NCBI GenBank assembly: GCA_030829545.1
Contig: JAURAI010000004.1
Coordinates: forward strand, 63,433 to 127,432
From: Poseidonia sp.
Lineage (GTDB): Archaea; Thermoplasmatota; Poseidoniia; Poseidoniales; Poseidoniaceae
Length of the DNA: 64,000 nucleotides
Direction: 5' to 3'
Below are positions 18,546-24,882 of this stretch, in pieces (the stretch's first letter is position 1; the number at the start of each line of letters is the position of its first letter). The position numbers and the translations under genes were made by a program. The notes under the pieces were generated by a model. That model searched no databases. It was given only the letters and a program-made list of their open reading frames with translations, and was not told the DNA's origin.

Positions 18546-20072
18546 TCAAAATTCTGGAAGGGGGCGTGCTGCCCACTTTCTTGCCCCTTCCAATCGCTTG
18601 TTCTTCTTGCGGTAGTGGCTGCTATTTCGGCGTTTAACAACCGTTCTTAGCACGCGGGATTCAATGACGACTCCTTCCTCATCGCGGAGGATCACTTGCA
18701 CGTATCGGTCGCCTTGTTCTTTCTCCGGCCAGGCTACACCCAGCCACAATACGACGCCTTGTTGCAAGTAACGAGGGACCCAATCAAGTGCGTCATCTTC
18801 TCCCGCAGTGTAGAGTTCAACGGCTTGACGGGGGGGCGGGCAGGCTTTGAGTTCAAAGCGATGGTCGCGGGCAAAGGGCTCACCTCCCGGGCATACAACC
18901 TCGATGCGGGCGACGGTCTGTTTGAAGGTCTGATTGTTGAGGGCAATGAAGAGATGGCCCGTTCCTTCATCGCATTGCGGGTCAAGGGCCACATCCATTC
19001 GCCATGGCTCGCGAATCATCATCGGTGAACCCGAAAGCAAATCCAATTGAAGGCGTTCGAGAAGACGGAATGCGCTTGGCTGCCACACCCGTGCATGAGC
19101 AAGGAGGCGTTGCAGAGAACGCCAGTTGAATTTTGCTTCAGGATTGAGAAGGACATCACCCATTGCATCGGGGCGGATAAACTCGCTCAATTCTCCGTGT
19201 GCAATTGAATCACTGAGGTCGCCTTTCGCATGGAGATGCAAAATGTAGAGGACCCGCTCCCATGACTGGTCTTTATCGTAGCCAGGGAGAATACTGTCGC
19301 GGAAATCGTTCAGCCAAGTGAGCCAATCAAGATACAGGTCGGGGTCGAGGTGGAGGACAATGAGTTCCCCGAGAATCGACCCCAACTGTGTGGGGTGATG
19401 TGTGGGCGAATGATGAACCAAGCAAGGCATCAAATCGCCTTGCTGGCGTACGGAATCATAGGTAAAGTAGGCGTGGAAGGTATGGGCAAGACCCAACGTC
19501 ATTGAAACTAGAAATGACAGGCTCCAAACAATGGATTCCTCGGTGATCACCGTTCCAAGTCCGAGCAGAAAAATTGAACTGAGTGCCAAGAGAGTGTTCA
19601 CCGAATTATGACGGCGCACATCGGTAAGACCTTCGAGAATACGGTCCATTCCGGGCTGTGATCGCAGGGATAATTTCCCACCTGTAGCCTCCCCGTCAAT
19701 TTCTCTCAACGAGATACGGGCTTGGATGGACTGCCACATCGCTTCACCAGCCATCAAAGCAGGTACAGTAGCAAGCAAGAAGGGTATCCCTCCAAACAAG
19801 AGAACATATCCTGGGTTCGGTGGAGCGTATTCAGGCAACAACACCGAAATCAGTGCGGTAACGGCAACAATGCTGCCAAAACAAAGGCGTAAGCCCAAGA
19901 GAAAGGGGTTTCTGGCGAGCGTTCCAAACCGAAGGCGGAGGCGCTCTTGCTGCAGCCACTTTTCAGTCGTGCGCTCGAGGGGGTCCTCTGTACGGGCAAA
20001 CCCATGTCCGTAGGGATCGGGCAAGGCACTGAGAGCGTCGCCTTCGTCTTCCGTACTCATGGCTTGTCCCAT
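18546..20072 (-). CDS. Hypothetical membrane protein (N-terminal multi-TM region, soluble C-terminal domain)
   Basis: Long ORF. The start was trimmed to ATG 20072 (MGQAMSTEDEG) because the track ORF's N-terminus overlaps tRNA-Arg. Confidence 0.6.
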   Translation of the reverse strand: MGQAMSTEDEGDALSALPDPYGHGFARTEDPLERTTEKWLQQERLRLRFGTLARNPFLLGLRLCFGSIVAVTALISVLLPEYAPPNPGYVLLFGGIPFLLATVPALMAGEAMWQSIQARISLREIDGEATGGKLSLRSQPGMDRILEGLTDVRRHNSVNTLLALSSIFLLGLGTVITEESIVWSLSFLVSMTLGLAHTFHAYFTYDSVRQQGDLMPCLVHHSPTHHPTQLGSILGELIVLHLDPDLYLDWLTWLNDFRDSILPGYDKDQSWERVLYILHLHAKGDLSDSIAHGELSEFIRPDAMGDVLLNPEAKFNWRSLQRLLAHARVWQPSAFRLLERLQLDLLSGSPMMIREPWRMDVALDPQCDEGTGHLFIALNNQTFKQTVARIEVVCPGGEPFARDHRFELKACPPPRQAVELYTAGEDDALDWVPRYLQQGVVLWLGVAWPEKEQGDRYVQVILRDEEGVVIESRVLRTVVKRRNSSHYRKKNKRLEGARKWAARPLPEF

Positions 20073-20113
20073 TGAGGCGTGTGCGCCCTTCAATATGGCT
20101 CTTATCCAAAAAA

Positions 20114-20190
20114 TGGCGGGCGCGGCAGGATTCGAACCCGCGATCTCCGGCTTAGGAGGCCGGTGCATTATCCAGCTGTGCTACACGCCC
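20114..20190 (-). tRNA. tRNA-Arg (anticodon CCU), CCA encoded
   Basis: Manual fold of the reverse complement GGGCGTGTAGCAC...GCGCCCGCCA. It has a 7-bp acceptor stem (one G-U), anticodon stem CCGGC/GCCGG with loop CUCCUAA, T-arm GCGGG-TTCGAAT-CCTGC, discriminator G and a genomic CCA. Confidence 0.9.
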
Positions 20191-20222
20191 AATGTTGGCT
20201 GCTCGCCACTTGGTGAAGATGC

Positions 20223-21368
20223 TTACGATTGGTGTGCCTTTGATGCAGCACCAATTTCAGCAACTTGGTGGAAGAATTCTTCCAATTGAATCCGTTGCTG
20301 AGCCGATCGTTGGAGGGCTGTATCGCAGGTCGAAAGAGCATTCAAGAGTGAAGCAAGAAGTTCATCATCGTAATGGGAACGTCCTGCTGTGAGGAATTGG
20401 TGCAGTCGGTCCAAGACGCCTCGGGCGTCCAAGTCATGGGTTGCCATCAATTGGTCAAGAGCCCCCATCGCACCCTTGAGAACACGGCTGCTCTTCTCGC
20501 CTTGGCGCTCCCATTTCCAATCATGAACTCGTCCACGTAAGGCTTCTTCCAAAACAAGTTGAACCTCTCGAAGGCTGCTATTTGACATGAGGGTCTGGAC
20601 GTTGCGCCGGTCGTTGAGGAGATTGCGTTGGGCGAGTAGTTGAAGCATGAAAATCGCCTTTCGAAGATTGCCGTTTGCAACGTGTGCGACATCGCCAACG
20701 ATACCGAGGGTCGATGCTTGCTCCTCACGTTCGAGGATAAGTTCCAACCGTTGTTCAATCATGAGACGTGTGAGGGTGGGCATACGGATGTGTTGGGTTC
20801 TGCTCCTCATGGCTTCAATCATACGAGAGGGGGTGTGTGTCGTGAAAATAAAGCGGGCACTGCGGCTGCTTTCTTCCATCATTCGCCGAAGGTAGGATTG
20901 TCGTGCATGACCGAGATAATCAGCATCCTCGATCACAATGATTCTCGATACGGGGAAAAATTGGCTGCCATCGCCGCCCGATGACTCCTCTCCCGCTGGT
21001 GCTGGTGAGTCGTCAGCGGATGAACTGATGTTGTGGTCAAAGGCATCCAGACTGGTGCGCCCGGCAAGCGTATCGTCAGAACCGCTTCCTTCTGGGCGTA
21101 GGAAGGCTTCGAATTTTGACATGGCACCGGCTGTTTTGGCCAAGTCACGTGCCTGAAGCACATGTGTTGTTGCTCGCCATGAAGGGCCGAGAACCTGGCG
21201 GCAAACAAGTTGGTAGGCAGCGGTTTTACCACATCCAGTAGGCCCAGAAAGGAGAAGATGCGGAGGGTTGGATTGAAGCGAAAGTTGCCGAAGGGCAGCA
21301 ATCACGGATGGAGATGTAACCAAATCGTCAAACAAAAGTGGCTTATGCTTCTCAAGCCACATCGTCAT
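20223..21368 (-). CDS. rfc: Replication factor C (clamp loader) subunit, AAA+, with a low-complexity insertion
   Basis: Contains WLEKHKP, Walker A (GPTGCGKTAA), Walker B (IIVIEDADYL) and sensor SRMIEAMRSRTQHIRMP. About 70 aa of S/D/G-rich insert lie between Walker A and B. Confidence 0.8.
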   Translation of the reverse strand: MTMWLEKHKPLLFDDLVTSPSVIAALRQLSLQSNPPHLLLSGPTGCGKTAAYQLVCRQVLGPSWRATTHVLQARDLAKTAGAMSKFEAFLRPEGSGSDDTLAGRTSLDAFDHNISSSADDSPAPAGEESSGGDGSQFFPVSRIIVIEDADYLGHARQSYLRRMMEESSRSARFIFTTHTPSRMIEAMRSRTQHIRMPTLTRLMIEQRLELILEREEQASTLGIVGDVAHVANGNLRKAIFMLQLLAQRNLLNDRRNVQTLMSNSSLREVQLVLEEALRGRVHDWKWERQGEKSSRVLKGAMGALDQLMATHDLDARGVLDRLHQFLTAGRSHYDDELLASLLNALSTCDTALQRSAQQRIQLEEFFHQVAEIGAASKAHQS

Positions 21369-21419
21369 GATGTGTGAGTAGAGACCATGGTCTTTGAACT
21401 CTGCGAAGTGATGAAGTCA

Positions 21420-21569
21420 TCACTCTGCGTTGAGACGCTTGGTGCCGTGGCGGCGTAGCTTCATGAAGATACGAGATCCGCATCCTTTGCAACTGATTCC
21501 GTTTCGCTCACGGTGGAATGATTCGAGGCTACCGCAGTCAGCGCATTTGTAATCGACGAGTTCAACCAT
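21420..21569 (-). CDS. rpoP: DNA-directed RNA polymerase subunit P (Rpo12/RPABC4)
   Basis: 49-aa zinc ribbon MVELVDYKCADCG...SCKGCGSRIFMKLRRHG, matching the archaeal RpoP pattern YKCxxC...CxxCGxRIxxKxR. The start is set at ATG 21569. Confidence 0.7.
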   Translation of the reverse strand: MVELVDYKCADCGSLESFHRERNGISCKGCGSRIFMKLRRHGTKRLNAE

Positions 21570-21616
21570 ATGTATCTCTCCGTGCCACGCGACCGTGCAT
21601 CCCGTTTTGAACCTGT

Positions 21617-21829
21617 TCATTGCGAAGAACGCCGTAATAAGGCATCAAAGGTTGCGGCAGAAAGCACGACAACTTCTCCATCTGAAAAAAGTTCGATGAT
21701 CTTCATCACAAGTTCTTTCTCCGTACGTTCGTGGAACGTTATCAATTCATGAGGAGCGTAACCTCCCTCAAGATTCGAAATGAACACGTCCTCTTCTTGA
21801 GGTGTCCAATGAGGGGCTGTCGGTGGCAT
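21617..21829 (-). CDS. Small hypothetical protein (70 aa), translationally coupled to the di-Ubl gene
   Basis: Its ATG overlaps the upstream stop (TGATG at 21827-21831). The N-terminal WTPQEEDVFISNLEGGY has a weak Myb/SANT-like flavour. No confident family. Confidence 0.45.
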   Translation of the reverse strand: MPPTAPHWTPQEEDVFISNLEGGYAPHELITFHERTEKELVMKIIELFSDGEVVVLSAATFDALLRRSSQ

Positions 21830-22263
21830 CAGCAGTACAGGCCGCCAACGAGTCCTGGCATCATGCGGATTCGGCTGCCTTCTTCGAGGTTCATGTCGGC
21901 AATGTCAGCTGCGCTGACAAGTTGGTCGTTCACGAACACCCAAGCGCTGTTGTCGCTGGTTGCCTTGGAGGCAATTTCTGCTTGCGTCATGACCACTTCG
22001 CTGTGGCCGGTGCTGTCAGCGGTTTGCACAACAAAGGTTGGGGCGTCGTTGCCGCCAACGAGTCCTGGCATCATGCGGATTCGGCTGCCTTCTTCGAGGT
22101 TCATGTCGGCAATGTCAGCTGCGCTGACAAGTTGGTCGTTCACGAACACCCAAGCGCTGTTGTCGCTGGTTGCCTTGGAGGCAATTTCATCTTGGTTCAT
22201 CTGCACAACTGAGTGTCCAGATTGGTCTGCTACTTCTACGTTAAACAATGTTTTCTTATCCAT
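21829..22263 (-). CDS. Tandem (head-to-tail) ubiquitin-like beta-grasp protein, ThiS/MoaD/SAMP-type, each unit ending in GG; C-terminal cap LYC
   Basis: Two units of about 70 aa both end ...SAWVFVNDQLVSAADIADMNLEEGSRIRMMPGLVGG. The start is ATG 22263 (MDKKTLF). A TATA-like TTTATAT lies 36-42 nt upstream. Confidence 0.7.
   Translation of the reverse strand: MDKKTLFNVEVADQSGHSVVQMNQDEIASKATSDNSAWVFVNDQLVSAADIADMNLEEGSRIRMMPGLVGGNDAPTFVVQTADSTGHSEVVMTQAEIASKATSDNSAWVFVNDQLVSAADIADMNLEEGSRIRMMPGLVGGLYC
21841..21979. repeat. Copy 1 of a 139-bp perfect direct repeat (period 210 bp) inside the di-Ubl gene
   Basis: Identical by eye to 22051-22189 (gccgccaacgagtcctggcatcatgcgg...ggaggcaatttc). The flanks diverge immediately on one side and gradually on the other. 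Confidence 0.9.
22051..22189. repeat. Copy 2 of the 139-bp perfect direct repeat
   Basis: Identical to 21841-21979. It encodes the C-terminal 46 codons of the first Ubl unit. Confidence 0.9.
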
Positions 22264-22298
22264 GTTATTCACTTCTGCAAGGCTTACAAGCCCAGTCC

Positions 22299-22305
22299 AT
22301 ATAAA
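22299..22305 (-). promoter_or_regulatory. Candidate archaeal TATA box for the di-Ubl operon
   Basis: TTTATAT on the minus strand, 36-42 nt upstream of ATG 22263. It is the only AT-rich box in the 22264-22410 gap. Confidence 0.3.
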
Positions 22306-22410
22306 CAATGCAAACACCCTGAACCGGTTGGATTCGGGAAGAAAAATTGTTCATCAGCACGGGCACACTCACCTTGGGAAAGTGAGAGTGTGTTGAGGTC
22401 TTTTAAAGAA

Positions 22411-23835
22411 TCAAATTTTCAGGTCGGCTTGACGAGTTAGAAGATGGATTTGCATGCTATGCTCAAGCATGGCGGCGTTGGCCCAGGCTTGGTCGAAATC
22501 CGCGCCAACGGCATAGGCACCATTACCACGAACAACAACGCAACGCATACCGCCTTGTTGGAGTGCTTCTGCAACATGTCGAAGGTACTCTTCGGGTTGT
22601 TCAGTATCGGGGTCGACGATGATAATTTTCCCAATGTGCTGTTTCCCCATGTCGTCAATCGGCGTTACGATGATGAGATCCTTTTCGCAACTCGCCGCAG
22701 TTGTATGAACGCCGTGCATGTGGATAACGGCGGCAGGGCCGCCAGTGACCATGGCCACCGAAGCAAGGACAACTTCAAGGACGTGCCAGTCTGAAGGCGC
22801 ACCTCGAGGCGAGGCCCCTCCAAAATGACCAGCACAGAGGCTTCGCTCATTCATGCGAGGGAGGGGGGTCATGTGGCGGCTTGCAATCATAATTCCTGGT
22901 TGTTCAGGATGCACCATGGCAACGCTGCCCATGGTAGCGCGCACGAGATGCTCCCGGTCCAATTGACGGCCAATTCGAACGAAATCACCAACAACGTAGG
23001 GGGGTACAACGATGTTTTCTTGCACCATCGGAGGCATCGGAGGCTCTTCCATTTGCTCAATCACTTCAGTTGCCCCAACAACAGATTGGCGCAGTCGTGC
23101 GTTTTCCATGTGCAAACGTTCCAATTCCGCTTCCTTTTGTGCAAGGACTTCCTCTGCAGACGGGAGGCCTTCTGCTGAATCTTCTTCGGGCTCTGACTCA
23201 GAAGCGATCTCGGGAACGGTTTCGGGCTCGTCGAGGACTTCAGGCACTGGCTCCACTACAGAAGCTGGTTCGGGGGCTGGCTCAGAGTCAGTCGGAGAGG
23301 TGGGTTCTGCTTCAACCACTGCTTCAGGTGCTGCTTCAGAAACTGGAACTTCTGGTTCTTCCACTGCAGGAGGCGCCTCGTCAACCGGCGTAAGGGCGGC
23401 CTCTGTCGGGACTTGGTCGGCTACTTCTTCGGATGGTTCCGATTCTGGCGGACCGGATGGTGGGCCTGATGGTGGGCCTGATGGTGGGCCTGATGGTGGG
23501 CCTGATGGTGGGCCTGATGGTGGACCCGAGGGTGGGCCTGATGGAGGACCTGAAGACGGACCAGATGGAGGTCCCGTTGGTGGACCTGAGGGTGGTCCGG
23601 AAGGGGTAGGTGGAGTTACTTCTTCTGTTGCTCCGTCAGCAATGGACTCGGAAGGCGGGGCGGTTTCTTCTCCAGTTTCTTGAGCTTCATCGACCTCTGC
23701 TGCCGGTTTTTCCAGAACTTCAATGTCCCCAAAGGCGCCGCCAAGCATGTTGTCGAGCTGTGCATTTTCTGCCTCTTCACGTGCAATTTCGGCTGATGTT
23801 TTTGGTTTCGCCATGGTGGCACCCATTTCACCCAC
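22411..23835 (-). CDS. Class II aldolase/adducin-fold domain protein with a long disordered N-terminus carrying (PSGP)n repeats and a short coiled coil
   Basis: The C-terminal about 200 aa have PSDWHVLEVV, AVIHMHGVHTTAAS and VVVRGNGAYAVGADFDQAWANAAMLEHS, which fit the FucA/MtnB/adducin-head fold. The N-terminal about 270 aa are P/E/S/G-rich. Confidence 0.7.
   Translation of the reverse strand: MGEMGATMAKPKTSAEIAREEAENAQLDNMLGGAFGDIEVLEKPAAEVDEAQETGEETAPPSESIADGATEEVTPPTPSGPPSGPPTGPPSGPSSGPPSGPPSGPPSGPPSGPPSGPPSGPPSGPPSGPPESEPSEEVADQVPTEAALTPVDEAPPAVEEPEVPVSEAAPEAVVEAEPTSPTDSEPAPEPASVVEPVPEVLDEPETVPEIASESEPEEDSAEGLPSAEEVLAQKEAELERLHMENARLRQSVVGATEVIEQMEEPPMPPMVQENIVVPPYVVGDFVRIGRQLDREHLVRATMGSVAMVHPEQPGIMIASRHMTPLPRMNERSLCAGHFGGASPRGAPSDWHVLEVVLASVAMVTGGPAAVIHMHGVHTTAASCEKDLIIVTPIDDMGKQHIGKIIIVDPDTEQPEEYLRHVAEALQQGGMRCVVVRGNGAYAVGADFDQAWANAAMLEHSMQIHLLTRQADLKI
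23447..23602. repeat. 13 tandem 12-bp units (consensus GGTGGGCCTGAT; five consecutive perfect copies at 23459-23518), coding for (PSGP)n on the minus strand
   Basis: Read directly from the sequence. The units are in frame within the CDS 22411-23835. Confidence 0.85.
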
Positions 23836-23880
23836 ATGGCGCGGCTTAAATAGCGGTTGCGTCCCCGCAAGACTGAAACT

Positions 23881-23955
23881 GCCCGCTTGGTGTAGAGGTT
23901 ATCATGCAGGATTGTCATTCCTGCGACCCGGGTTCAATTCCCGGAGTGGGCGCCA
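23881..23955 (+). tRNA. tRNA-Asp (anticodon GUC), CCA encoded
   Basis: Manual fold: acceptor GCCCGCT/AGTGGGC (one G-U), anticodon stem CAGGA/TCCTG with loop TTGTCAT, T-arm CCCGG-GTTCAATT-CCGGG region, discriminator G and CCA. Confidence 0.9.
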
Positions 23956-23958
23956 CCT

Positions 23959-24882
23959 TTACTCATCTTCTTCGTTGATGTTAGGGGTGTTTTTTCCGAT
24001 TGATAAAGCAGGCAATAGGTACCACATGAACGGCAAAAGAAGGAGTGCGTTGAGGTTTTTTCCTAACTCAATCTCAAATGTAGACTCAAAGGCGATGAAT
24101 GAATTCGCATCTTTACTTCCGTTTGCGGGAACCTGTTGAGCGACCGAGGTCCGGTTGTTTGGCTCAACCAATCCCAGATCATAACCCGAAAAATCGGCCT
24201 CTAGTTGGACTCCCAACCAAATCAATGAGAAGTCCGAGGAGGCGTTGGTATGCACGAAGGAAACCGTCTCAATGTTTGCCCCCGGGGTGTTGGTAGCCGT
24301 AGAATCCTCTTCGTCATCGCCGCCACCGCTCAACTCCAACATGTAGCAGGCTGGGAAAACAACCGAAAACGCGACCAGCGTGCACAGGAAGGCCAACGAA
24401 CGAACGTGATGACGCCAGACAAAGGACGACAACATCAGCACCTCGCTAAGAACGAGAAAGACCAATCCGAATTTGATCGATTGTCGGCCAATGGAGAGCC
24501 ATGCTCGGTCTTCATCCCTTCCTTGCTCGTCTTCGGCCTCCGATTCATCACCGCTGCCTGACTCATCTGGAGGCGTCGTATCGTTCACTGGAACCGATGC
24601 GTCGCTGTCTCGTTCAAGCGCATAGAAGAAAAAAGCCGTAGCCTGTTTGATCTCTACGTCGATAATGGTTTGATCTTTATCGATTGCAATCAATGAGTGC
24701 GCCTCGGTTGGAGCGGGTTTGCCTTCGGTGTAGACACCTTCAGCTGTGGCCACCAGCCAAGCGGAGATGAACACGTGAATTGCCAAGAGGACGGTCACGG
24801 ACAAACGGATGATGCCAAAGGCACGGTGAGGAGATGGCCGTGGCAACACGACTGCCCCTCTCCGTTCTTCCTTTTGATTCAC
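23959..24882 (-). CDS. Hypothetical 4-TM membrane protein, translationally coupled to the upstream LDLa-like surface protein
   Basis: Its start overlaps the upstream stop by 4 nt. It has several hydrophobic helices and an acidic extracytoplasmic loop. No known motif. Confidence 0.6.
   Translation of the reverse strand: MNQKEERRGAVVLPRPSPHRAFGIIRLSVTVLLAIHVFISAWLVATAEGVYTEGKPAPTEAHSLIAIDKDQTIIDVEIKQATAFFFYALERDSDASVPVNDTTPPDESGSGDESEAEDEQGRDEDRAWLSIGRQSIKFGLVFLVLSEVLMLSSFVWRHHVRSLAFLCTLVAFSVVFPACYMLELSGGGDDEEDSTATNTPGANIETVSFVHTNASSDFSLIWLGVQLEADFSGYDLGLVEPNNRTSVAQQVPANGSKDANSFIAFESTFEIELGKNLNALLLLPFMWYLLPALSIGKNTPNINEEDE

Noticed and set aside
20073-20168. N-terminal 32 codons of the 540-aa track ORF
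   Set aside because: This extension overlaps tRNA-Arg (20114-20190) on the same strand, so the start was moved to ATG 20072.
20942-21152. Possible intein in RFC
   Set aside because: The insert is only about 70 aa. It has no Cys/Ser at the N-junction, no His-Asn plus Cys/Ser/Thr at the C-junction, and no endonuclease motifs. It is a low-complexity loop, not an intein.
22364-22392. Hairpin CACACTCAC...GTGAGAGTGTG downstream of the aldolase-fold gene as a terminator
   Set aside because: The stem has a bulge and no T-tract follows on the transcribed strand, so it is too weak to call.
21731-22396. 221-aa plus-strand ORF that also contains the 139-bp repeat
   Set aside because: It is antisense to the di-Ubl gene and its composition (S/A/L/C/T-rich) is not protein-like. 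The minus-strand frame gives a coherent GG-terminated domain pair with a TATA box and coupled downstream genes.
23447-23602. CRISPR-like or satellite array
   Set aside because: The 12-bp units are contiguous with no spacers and in frame within a CDS. The TSP3-like DNA periodicity at 42.8-43.6 kb is also coding. No CRISPR array or cas gene is present in the window.
20114-23955. Genomic island bounded by tRNA-Arg and tRNA-Asp
   Set aside because: The interval holds core genes (RFC, rpoP). There is no integrase or transposase, and I found no direct repeat of either tRNA 3' end.
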